A stretch of DNA of 64,000 bases. Source: Candidatus Eiseniibacteriota bacterium (GTDB lineage Bacteria; Eisenbacteria; RBG-16-71-46; JABDJR01). Shown here in pieces: positions 28,730 through 37,207 of this stretch. Every line of letters starts with the position of its first letter. The stretch's first letter is position 1. The notes below the pieces were generated by a model, which did no database searches, had not been told where the DNA came from, and worked only from the letters and a program-made list of their open reading frames with translations. Where the stretch lies: positions 192,001 through 256,000 of the forward strand of contig CAWANH010000003.1 in NCBI GenBank assembly GCA_963783375.1. Direction: 5' to 3'. A program made the translations under genes and the position numbers.

Positions 28730-29980
28730 TCAAGCCAGATAAACCGCCGGATCCGTCAAAACCCCGGTCGCCGCCGCCACTGCGGCGGCCGCGGGGCTCA
28801 AGATGTGGACCTCGGGCACTCCTTGCCCGGGGCTCAATAGACGATGATACTCCGCCGTCGATGCGATTCTTTCTCCCTCTCCGAAGATCGCCCCTCCTCC
28901 CGCGCTTCCCGGGCCCCCGCCCGGCACGATAACCATGGCCCCGGCCTGGAGAAAGATCTCGTAGAACCCGGCCTGCAAGCAGCCCCGGGCGGTCTCCAGG
29001 GTGGCCGGCGAGATGGCCAACCGGACGTCCCGGTGCACCTTTCCCGCCTTCTTCAGGACCTCGGCCACCAGGGCGAGATCCTCGTATCGGCCCCCGTAGC
29101 AGGATCCGATGAAGGCCCCGTGAATGGGCTCCCCCTCCTTGCGGGGGAGCTTCCGGAAGCCTCCCGTGTACTCTTCCGCCTCCACCGAGGCCACCTGTTT
29201 GGCCTTCAGCGTGACCGAGGCCTCGTACGCCTCGGCCGGCGCGGGCTCCTCCCCGATCTCGATTTCCACCCCCCGATCCCGGAAGAACCGGGCGGTGGTC
29301 TCGTCGGGAGGGACCAGGGCGGCAAAGGCGCCCATTTCGGCCAGGAGCCCGCAAACCCCCAGGCGGAGGTCCATGGGCCACTCGGCCAGGTCCCCGGCGA
29401 ACTCCACCACCCGCCCGGTCAGGGTCGGTCCCAGCGCCGTCGCCACCCCCCGGGCCACGTCCCAGGGACCGATGTGGCGGGCCAGCTTGCCGGCGATTTC
29501 GACCCGGACCGCCGAAGGCACGGTGGCCGGGGCGGAACCCTTGACGATAGCGCCGATGAGGGTGGGATCGTCAAGGCGCAAACCCAGGGCTCCGATCCCC
29601 CCCATCACCCCCAGGCACCGCCCGGAGCCTCCCACCAGCGTCCCCGGCGCGATGAGCGTGGACTCCAGCACCACCTGGGAGCCGATGCCCATGTTCAGAT
29701 CGAAGACGTGGCGAATGCCGAAGCGCTCGGCCACCTCACGGCAGAGGGCGCGACTCCGCGCCACCTGGGATTCCACCTCGGGAGCCTGGAAATCCATGGT
29801 GAGGAGGAGATCCTCGGGCGAACGGGGTCCGCCCCGGTCGCGCACCTGCACCAGGATGCCCGGCCCGCGGGCTCCGGAAAGCACCACGCGGTCGAGTCCG
29901 AGGGTGATCGCCGATCCCGGGTCGGCCGGACCGGCGGAGGTCCGGGAAAGGATGCGATGGACGTAGGCGGATCCGCTCAT
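28730..29980 (-). CDS. Aconitase-family large subunit (LeuC/HacA-like) with degenerate active site
   Basis: FIGSC..GR.EDL, VHRDVRL.ISPA, SPAAAAVAAATGVLTDP align to LeuC/HacA; the PGCGPC motif reads PGGGPG. Confidence 0.8.
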   Translation of the reverse strand: MSGSAYVHRILSRTSAGPADPGSAITLGLDRVVLSGARGPGILVQVRDRGGPRSPEDLLLTMDFQAPEVESQVARSRALCREVAERFGIRHVFDLNMGIGSQVVLESTLIAPGTLVGGSGRCLGVMGGIGALGLRLDDPTLIGAIVKGSAPATVPSAVRVEIAGKLARHIGPWDVARGVATALGPTLTGRVVEFAGDLAEWPMDLRLGVCGLLAEMGAFAALVPPDETTARFFRDRGVEIEIGEEPAPAEAYEASVTLKAKQVASVEAEEYTGGFRKLPRKEGEPIHGAFIGSCYGGRYEDLALVAEVLKKAGKVHRDVRLAISPATLETARGCLQAGFYEIFLQAGAMVIVPGGGPGSAGGGAIFGEGERIASTAEYHRLLSPGQGVPEVHILSPAAAAVAAATGVLTDPAVYLA

Positions 29981-30011
29981 GGGAGCCTCGCTTTTCCGCT
30001 GGACGCCCCGG

Positions 30012-31379
30012 TCAATCCGGAAGCTCTTCCAGCCGGGCGGTGAAGTGCCTGAGCACCGGCGCGGCGTAGGTCAATCGCAGTCCCCGGATCCGCTCCTTCT
30101 CCTGGAGCAGGCGGATGACCGAGTCGGCCACGTAATCCATCTGCATGGTGGTATAGACCCTCCGCGGAACGGCGAGTCGCACCATCTCGAGCTTGGGATA
30201 GACCGGCTCTCCGTTCTCCTCGCGGCCGAACATGAGGGAGCCGATCTCCACCGTGCGGATCCCCGCCTCCCGATAGAGGGCCACGGCCAGGGCCTGGGCC
30301 GGAAAGCGTGACTGGGAAATGTGGGGGAGGAAGGCGCGGGCGTTCAGGTAGATGGCGTGGCCCCCGAAGGGGCGGAGCACCGGCACCGAGGCCTCGACCA
30401 AGCGCTCACCGAGGCGGCGGACCTGGCCCACACGGTACTCGAGATAGGCTTCGTCGGTGACCTCGATCAGCCCCTGGGCGATGGCCTCGAGGTCGCGCCC
30501 GGCCAGACCGCCGTAGGTGGGGAATCCCTCGACCAGGATCAGGAGATTGGTGATTTCCCGGGCGGTTTCGTCGTCGTTCAGACAGAGGAATCCCCCCATG
30601 TTCACCAGGCCGTCCTTCTTGGCGCTCATGGTGCACCCGTCGCCCAGGGAGAACATCTCCCTGGCGATCTCCAGCACGCTCCTGTTCCCGCAGCCCCGTT
30701 CCCGCTCCTTGATGAACCAGGCGTTCTCGGCGAAACGGCAGGCGTCGAAGATGAGGGGAACGCCGTGCCGGCGGGTTACCTCGCGCACCTTGCGGATGTT
30801 CTCGAGGCTGACCGGCTGGCCCCCGCCCGAGTTGTTGGTGACGGTGAGCATCACCATGGGAACGCGCTCCCGGCCGTATTCCTCGAGGACCGCATCCAGG
30901 CGCGCCACGTCCATGTTCCCCTTGAAGGGGTGCTCGGCGTCGGGATCGTGACCCTCGGGAATCACGCAATCCAGGGCGACCCCTCCGTTGTGCTCCACGT
31001 TGGCCCGGGTGGTGTCGAAGTGGATGTTGTTGGGCACCACCATCCCCGGCTTGACCCGCACCGAGAACAGGAGGTTCTCGGCCACCCGTCCCTGATGGGT
31101 GGGGATGACGTGTTTGAAGCCGAAGATGCTCCGCACCACTTCCTCGAAACGGTAGTAGGAGCGGCTGCCGGCGTAGGCCTCGTCCCCCACCATCAGCGCC
31201 GCCCATTGACGGTCGCTCATGGCCGAGGTCCCCGAATCGGTGAGGAGATCGATGAAGATCTTCTCCGAGGGCACGTTGAAGAGGTTGAGTCCGGCTTCCC
31301 GGATGATGGCTTCACGCTCCTCCGGGGAAGGGAGGGCGATCTTCTCCACGACCTTGATGCGGAACGGTTCTATCAGCAT
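30012..31379 (-). CDS. tnaA: Tryptophanase (tryptophan indole-lyase)
   Basis: EPFRIKVVE, IDLLTDSGT, PTHQGR.AE, MSAKKDGLVNMGG (PLP Lys), LRHFTAR (His as in TnaA; TPL has Phe). Confidence 0.88.
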   Translation of the reverse strand: MLIEPFRIKVVEKIALPSPEEREAIIREAGLNLFNVPSEKIFIDLLTDSGTSAMSDRQWAALMVGDEAYAGSRSYYRFEEVVRSIFGFKHVIPTHQGRVAENLLFSVRVKPGMVVPNNIHFDTTRANVEHNGGVALDCVIPEGHDPDAEHPFKGNMDVARLDAVLEEYGRERVPMVMLTVTNNSGGGQPVSLENIRKVREVTRRHGVPLIFDACRFAENAWFIKERERGCGNRSVLEIAREMFSLGDGCTMSAKKDGLVNMGGFLCLNDDETAREITNLLILVEGFPTYGGLAGRDLEAIAQGLIEVTDEAYLEYRVGQVRRLGERLVEASVPVLRPFGGHAIYLNARAFLPHISQSRFPAQALAVALYREAGIRTVEIGSLMFGREENGEPVYPKLEMVRLAVPRRVYTTMQMDYVADSVIRLLQEKERIRGLRLTYAAPVLRHFTARLEELPD

Positions 31380-31447
31380 GATTGGTTCGGTGGGCCCCGG
31401 CCCCCCGCCTCCTCGACCGGCCCCGGGGCTCCGCCCCGGCCGCCGGC

Positions 31448-32935
31448 TTATCGGTTGTCGATCTGGGCGCGCTGCAACTTGCCGCTGTAGTCGATGTACA
31501 CCGCCTTCCACTCCGTGAAGACGTCCAGCACGGTGTGAGAGGCCTCGCGATGACCGTTCCCGGTGTCCTTCACCCCGCCGAAGGGCAGGTGAACCTCGGC
31601 CCCGATGGTGGGCCCGTTCACGTAGGTGATGCCGGCCTCGATGTCCCGGATGGCCCGCATCGCCCGCCCCACGTCCCGCGTGTAGATCGACGAGGAGAGC
31701 CCGTAGGCGGTTTCGTTCAGCACGTGGATCGCTTCCTCGAAGGAATCCACGGTGATCACCGAGAGGACCGGTCCGAAAATCTCCTCCTGGGCGATGCGCA
31801 TGGACGGCCTGACGTTATCAAAGATCGTGGGGGCGTAGAAGAACCCCCGGGCGAGATCCCCCCGGGTGACGGGCTCCCCCCCGCACAGGAGTTCCGCCCC
31901 CTCCTTCCGGCCGACGGCCACGTAGTCCGCCACCCGGCGCCGTTGCGCCTCGCTGATCAGGGGGCCGACCTGGGTGGATTCGTCGAAGCCGTTCCCCAAC
32001 CGCAGGGCCCGGGCGGCGGCGGTCAGACGGTCGGTCATGGCCGAGGCCACGGGGCGATGGAGAATCAACCGGCTGGTGGCGGTGCAACGCTGGCCGGTCG
32101 TGCCGAATGCCCCCCACAAGACCCCCTCCAGGGCCAGATCCAGATCGGCGTCATCCATCACGATCTGACCGTTCTTGCCCCCCAGCTCCAGGGAGACCCG
32201 CTTGAGGGTTTCGCCGCATTGGCGGCCCAGGAGCCTCCCAACGTCGGTGGACCCGGTGAAGGAGACGACCTTGACGTCGGGGTGGGCAGCCAGAGGCGCA
32301 CCTGCCCGCGGCCCGGTTCCGGTCACGAGATTCACCGCGCCATGGGGTACGCCTGCTTCCACCAGGCACTCGATGAATCCCACCGCGCAGGCGGGGGTCT
32401 CCTCCGACGGCTTCAACACCACGGTGTTGCCGCACACCAGGGCGGGAAAGATCTTCCAGGCGGGAATGGCCATCGGGAAGTTCCAGGGAGTGATGATCCC
32501 GCATACCCCGATCGGCATTCGGACGCTCATGCAGAGCTTGTTGGGAAGCTCGGAGGGGGTGGTGTCGCCGTGGAGACGGCGCCCCTCTCCCGCGGAGAAG
32601 AAACCGCAGTCGATCGCTTCCTGGACGTCGCCACGGGATTCGGGGAGGATCTTCCCCATCTCCCGGGTCATGATCCCGGCGAGGTCATCCTTCCGGTCCT
32701 GGAGGATCGCCGCCGCCCGCTGGATGATCTCCGCGCGCCTGGGGGCCGGCACCCGGCGCCATTCGTCGTAGGCTCGCCGGGCGGCGGCCACCGCGGCGTA
32801 GACGTCGTTCTCGTCCGAGTCGGCAAAAAGTCCAACCAGGTCCTCATGGTCGGCCGGATTGCGATTCTCGAATGTCTTCCCGGAGCGTGCGGGTACCCAG
32901 CGGCCGTCTATGAGGTTGTGATATGTCTCGGGCAT
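31448..32935 (-). CDS. NAD(P)-dependent aldehyde dehydrogenase
   Basis: ITPWNFP, FTGSTDVG, LELGGKN, GQRCTA, EEIFGP, PFGGVK. Confidence 0.95.
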   Translation of the reverse strand: MPETYHNLIDGRWVPARSGKTFENRNPADHEDLVGLFADSDENDVYAAVAAARRAYDEWRRVPAPRRAEIIQRAAAILQDRKDDLAGIMTREMGKILPESRGDVQEAIDCGFFSAGEGRRLHGDTTPSELPNKLCMSVRMPIGVCGIITPWNFPMAIPAWKIFPALVCGNTVVLKPSEETPACAVGFIECLVEAGVPHGAVNLVTGTGPRAGAPLAAHPDVKVVSFTGSTDVGRLLGRQCGETLKRVSLELGGKNGQIVMDDADLDLALEGVLWGAFGTTGQRCTATSRLILHRPVASAMTDRLTAAARALRLGNGFDESTQVGPLISEAQRRRVADYVAVGRKEGAELLCGGEPVTRGDLARGFFYAPTIFDNVRPSMRIAQEEIFGPVLSVITVDSFEEAIHVLNETAYGLSSSIYTRDVGRAMRAIRDIEAGITYVNGPTIGAEVHLPFGGVKDTGNGHREASHTVLDVFTEWKAVYIDYSGKLQRAQIDNR

Positions 32936-33059
32936 GGCGCCTTCCCTCCGAGGCGCGGCAGGCCGCTCCCCCCCTATGGGCCCCGTTCGCCGGCGGTGAC
33001 CGATCGGCGGCCCGGAATACCGGCGGGCGCGACGGAGGCCGAATCCCGGACGGGGTCGA

Positions 33060-34808
33060 TTACCGAACGATCACGAATCGTCCGGTCGTGGTCTCCCCGG
33101 AAGCCTGAACGTAGAAGAAGTAGATGCCCGAGGCCGCGTCCTTGCCGTTGTCGTTCTTGAGGTCCCAGTCAATGGAGTCGGTCTCGCCGTCATGCTTGAG
33201 GGTGCGAATCAGGTCCCCGGACGAAGTGTAGATATCCACGGATGCCTTCGACGGTAGGTTGACGAACTGAACCCTGGGGGCTCCGGGGAACACCTGCTGT
33301 CCGGCCAGTCCCTTGGGATTGTAGGGGTTGGGAACCACCTTGACATTCTTGAGCAGAGGAATCTCGACCCGGGACGATTTGCCCGGATACACCGGCTGGG
33401 ACATCATGCCCTGGGCTTTGCTCTGCCGCTCAAAAATCGTGTAGTTGAGCGGGTTTGAGTTCGGTTCGATCCAGGCATCGAACCACGTGATCGAGTAGTA
33501 GTACGCGAAGCCGTTGAATGGGCCGGAAACCGGAGGCAGGTCGGGATTCCGTTCCCGATCGCGCTCGGTTCCGCGGGCGATGATGGAGTCCGGGTCCATG
33601 AAGATCCTGGGTCCGTTCACGCTGAAGGTCCACGTCGAGTCCAGAAGGGAGTAGGTCCGGAGGAGCTCGAAACTCGCGGTATCCGGAGTCTCCGATCTCC
33701 AGATCTGGTAGCCGGCGAAAATCGTATCGGAGAGGGAACTCGTAAAGACAACGGTGCGGGCGGTCGGATCGGCGACCGCGCGGGCGATGGGCGCCCCGGT
33801 TTGGATGTAGGTGCCCGACCACTGGGATGCGGTCGCATCCTGGAGATCGAGGATCTTGGGGGCGAGCCGGGGCTGCTTGGCGACCAGGACTCGGGAATTG
33901 TATGCCGTGATCTGGAGCGTGGACGACGAGATCTTCACTTTCCCCGTCACCACCGCGATCTGGCCCCGGTCGGTGAGCCCGGGTACATCGCCCAACCCAT
34001 CCAGATTGATTCCCCGGCCGGACCCGTCCTGAATGTACGTGCTCGTTTCCCCCACCGCCCCCAGGGGCTCATAAACCTGCCCGATCACGGTCCTTGTGGA
34101 TTCGAGGGGCGTGACGGAGGTATCCCGGACCACGGCGATGTTGGTCACGGATACGGGAACGGTCTGGAAGCCTACCGATGAGGGCCCGGTGAGAACCGCA
34201 CCCTCGGCCCCGGTCACGCCGCTCACGGAGACCGTGTAGGAGGTATCCTTGGGAAGCTCGGCCGCAGTCTGAAAGATCACGGTTTGGCGGTTATCCTGCA
34301 GCCGCACGCTCGAGACCGCGAGCGGCGGGCTGAAGGAGTAGTTCTGGGGATCGACGGCCTGGGTCGCGTTCACCGGACGGGAAAATCCCAACCCAACGTA
34401 GTCGGCGCCGAACTGGAAGGCGCCGGATATGGTGAGGTTGCTGGGATAGGTCGGAACGGGAGGATTCGCGGTACGGAACAGGTCCTGGCTGCTGCCGATG
34501 AGGACCCGGGGCGTTCCCTTGAAGATGTTGGCCGCCCCCCGCCCCGTCACCTCGGTACCCAGTTGGAACGCATTGACCGGAATTCCCAGCGCGCTTCGTA
34601 CCAGGAAGACAATGCTCGGCACGTTGAGTCGTTGGGCGGAGGTCAAGGTGTCCCCGGGGACCGGATTCCACTCCAGACGCACCACGCGATTCTCCGGCTG
34701 GATTACGGAGAAGTGCACTTCCTGGGCGCGGGCGACTCCGGCCGCCCCCGTTCCCAGGACGAGGACCGCCAGACCCGCCATGAGCGCACGGATCGTCCCT
34801 CTCGTCAT
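33060..34808 (-). CDS. Secreted multidomain protein (Ig-like, OB-fold-like) with VKVVPNPY-type C-terminal domain
   Basis: Signal peptide ending ARA-Q; FSRPVN...NYS..YTVSVSGV; YIQDGSGRGI; FAGYQIWRS; NGFAYYYSIT; VKVVPNPY...IYTSSGDLIRTL...WDLKN..G..ASGIY. Confidence 0.78.
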   Translation of the reverse strand: MTRGTIRALMAGLAVLVLGTGAAGVARAQEVHFSVIQPENRVVRLEWNPVPGDTLTSAQRLNVPSIVFLVRSALGIPVNAFQLGTEVTGRGAANIFKGTPRVLIGSSQDLFRTANPPVPTYPSNLTISGAFQFGADYVGLGFSRPVNATQAVDPQNYSFSPPLAVSSVRLQDNRQTVIFQTAAELPKDTSYTVSVSGVTGAEGAVLTGPSSVGFQTVPVSVTNIAVVRDTSVTPLESTRTVIGQVYEPLGAVGETSTYIQDGSGRGINLDGLGDVPGLTDRGQIAVVTGKVKISSSTLQITAYNSRVLVAKQPRLAPKILDLQDATASQWSGTYIQTGAPIARAVADPTARTVVFTSSLSDTIFAGYQIWRSETPDTASFELLRTYSLLDSTWTFSVNGPRIFMDPDSIIARGTERDRERNPDLPPVSGPFNGFAYYYSITWFDAWIEPNSNPLNYTIFERQSKAQGMMSQPVYPGKSSRVEIPLLKNVKVVPNPYNPKGLAGQQVFPGAPRVQFVNLPSKASVDIYTSSGDLIRTLKHDGETDSIDWDLKNDNGKDAASGIYFFYVQASGETTTGRFVIVR

Positions 34809-34926
34809 CGCTTCGGATTTCCTCACCACGGCTTAGTCGTCCTCCCGAAATCGGGTCTACATGCAGAGGCGCCCCGCCCATCGCTGGAGCCGGGCGCCCC
34901 GATCATTCCAACACCATCGACCGGCA

Positions 34927-37197
34927 CTACGGGACCTGGCCCGGAGAGCGTTCCTCGTTGAACCAGTCGATCGTCCGGTTGAATACCTCCTGGAACTGAT
35001 CCGTCTTCAGCCAGTAGGGATCGAAGCCGAACCACTGGGTCCGGCCCTGGGCTCGATCGGGGTTGAGATCCCGGTACCGGATCGCGGTCAACCGATCGTT
35101 GTAGCTCGAATTGGTCCGAACCGCCTTGTAGATGTAGAGCGAGTCGATCTTGCCGGTCGCCGGGAACCCGTCAATGTTCTGGGAGTAGATCGGGTCGAAG
35201 ACGGCATCGGCATAGCCTATTGCTCTCCTGAACGGATTCCACCGGATCGAGTCCTGATCGGCCCTGGGATAAGGATTCACGTGCGTCGTATCGGATGGCG
35301 GCCACGGGTACGGCACCACGCCGATCATGTTGTCGTTCGCGGATGTCGGGGTGGGGTTCGTACGGTTGCCGGACTTGGCATTCTCGATGCTGTTCGAGGC
35401 CAGCTTCATGAAGTCGTAGGCGAAGTCGCCCGGCTCAGGAGCCAGCGGATAGAGGTTGTTGGCGGAGGTTCCGCCCTTCACCATGTCCGCAACCGTGTAT
35501 TTTCCGAACACCCAAAGCTTCCCGCCCGCGGCAAGGTAGGCTCCAAGGTACCGGTTCTTGTATCCCGTGACATCGAAGAGGGCGCTCACGCCGTTGTACC
35601 CGAGATCGGCGTTCCAGATGATGAGCTGGAACTGGCCCAGGAAATCGATGGCGGGCCAGACCGGCGGGATGTGTTCGCTGTCGTTCAAACCGAAGGAGGA
35701 GAAGGTGTAGACGCTGTCCAGCGGCCCGGTGACGGGGAACCGCCCGGAATTCTGGAACATGTCTTTCCAGAACGCGTCCACCATCACATCGGTGGGCTCG
35801 TAACCTCCCAGATTCCGGATGTCGTCCACGAAGAGGACCTTGTGATCCAGTTCGAAGTCGACGAAGTGGAGAAGGATGCTGACGGTGGTAATCGTCCCCG
35901 ACGTATCCCGAACCCGGACGTAGAACACGTGGGTCGAGACGTTATCCACGATGATGGGAGCGGGAACGCGGTCCGTCTTCCCCCACCCGCTCCACCCCGA
36001 ACCGGGTCCGTCCCGATCCAGATCGGGGATGTCGAATCCCCAGCTGTACGCATCGATGGCGCCGCCGTACTCCTCGGCGTTTGCCGACCAGTTGAAGCGG
36101 AGCTTTCCTCCCACCGGGACCTTGACCTCGGCCGGCCTGGCGGATCCGTTACCGGAGAAAGAACCAAGGGCAGGCTCACGAACCGTTAGCGTGGGAGAGC
36201 CGGCGTCGTGAAAGGACTGGAACCTGAAGGCGTTCCGGGCCCCGTCCAGGAACGGCTCCACCGCGTTGGCCACGTCGACGGCGCGAACCCCGAAGATGTA
36301 GCCGTCACCTTCGGTCAGGAAGAAGGTCTTCTTCAGGGTATCCGCGGACTGGTAGTGCCACGCCGGATCTCCCTTGTCATCCGTGTTCGGCCGGGGATGG
36401 GAATAGAGAAAACTGGGGTTTACGTGGGTCAGCAAGGGCGGAGGTTGGAGAAGACTCACGTCCAGGAGCTTGTAGAGGTAGCCCACGGGTTTCTTCCTGG
36501 GGTCGGGCGAGTCCCCATCGGTCCCGTCCCAGGAAATGGTGATGGTGGGTCCCACATTCAGGAACCCGCTTTCGGTCTGGCTCTTGATATTCGGTTTGGT
36601 GATCTCGGACGTCGGTGCCAGGGTGCTGGCGGTATAGGCCAGCTTCGAGTTCGAGTCGAGGATCGAATAGGCCCCGTCATCGTCCTGACAACGAACGTAG
36701 ATCCGGTGCAGCCCGGAGAATTCACCGGTCGGCTTGAGCTGGGTCCCTTGGGCCGCCGAGTCCGCATTGTCGGTGGTGAACGCGAAAGAGTGGTTGAACT
36801 CCGGCGTCTTCACCCACAGGAAAGAATACGTCTTCCCGTCCACGACCTTCGACACGACCAGCGTGTCTTCCTTGATCGAAGGTCCCGGAATGATCCGGAT
36901 GTTGATGTCGGGAAAGCTGTCCGGCCTTGCGATCTCCAGCTCGCTGAATTTTGCGGGCGGATCCACGGCATATTCGTAATGGTCGACGATGCCGTCGTAA
37001 TCCCATCCGGACCAGTAGACCCGCGCGGTATAGCTCTGCCGCGACCCTTCCAGCGGCCCACCCGTGATCTTCACGAAGGGCTGGTCGTTGGGAATCAGGT
37101 GTCCGGTCTTGTTGCTGCCGCACCCCGCGGCCATGACGGAAAGCAATATCGCAATCGGCACGGCCAGGGTGCCCCTCAGGAATCTTGGTTTGCGCAT
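34927..37197 (-). CDS. Large lipoprotein with repeated FN3/Ig-like W.G.D.DG modules and a C-terminal alpha/beta domain
   Basis: Lipobox AAGC; GAGGTG RBS; YWSGWDYDGIVDHYEY, ISWDGTDGD...VGYLY; KVLFVDD...LIIWN...GGKLWVFG. Confidence 0.78.
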   Translation of the reverse strand: MRKPRFLRGTLAVPIAILLSVMAAGCGSNKTGHLIPNDQPFVKITGGPLEGSRQSYTARVYWSGWDYDGIVDHYEYAVDPPAKFSELEIARPDSFPDINIRIIPGPSIKEDTLVVSKVVDGKTYSFLWVKTPEFNHSFAFTTDNADSAAQGTQLKPTGEFSGLHRIYVRCQDDDGAYSILDSNSKLAYTASTLAPTSEITKPNIKSQTESGFLNVGPTITISWDGTDGDSPDPRKKPVGYLYKLLDVSLLQPPPLLTHVNPSFLYSHPRPNTDDKGDPAWHYQSADTLKKTFFLTEGDGYIFGVRAVDVANAVEPFLDGARNAFRFQSFHDAGSPTLTVREPALGSFSGNGSARPAEVKVPVGGKLRFNWSANAEEYGGAIDAYSWGFDIPDLDRDGPGSGWSGWGKTDRVPAPIIVDNVSTHVFYVRVRDTSGTITTVSILLHFVDFELDHKVLFVDDIRNLGGYEPTDVMVDAFWKDMFQNSGRFPVTGPLDSVYTFSSFGLNDSEHIPPVWPAIDFLGQFQLIIWNADLGYNGVSALFDVTGYKNRYLGAYLAAGGKLWVFGKYTVADMVKGGTSANNLYPLAPEPGDFAYDFMKLASNSIENAKSGNRTNPTPTSANDNMIGVVPYPWPPSDTTHVNPYPRADQDSIRWNPFRRAIGYADAVFDPIYSQNIDGFPATGKIDSLYIYKAVRTNSSYNDRLTAIRYRDLNPDRAQGRTQWFGFDPYWLKTDQFQEVFNRTIDWFNEERSPGQVP

Positions 37198-37207
37198 GGC
37201 ACTCACC

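Noticed and set aside
30012-31379. Tyrosine phenol-lyase assignment
   Set aside because: C-terminal LRHFT matches tryptophanase; TPL has LRFFT
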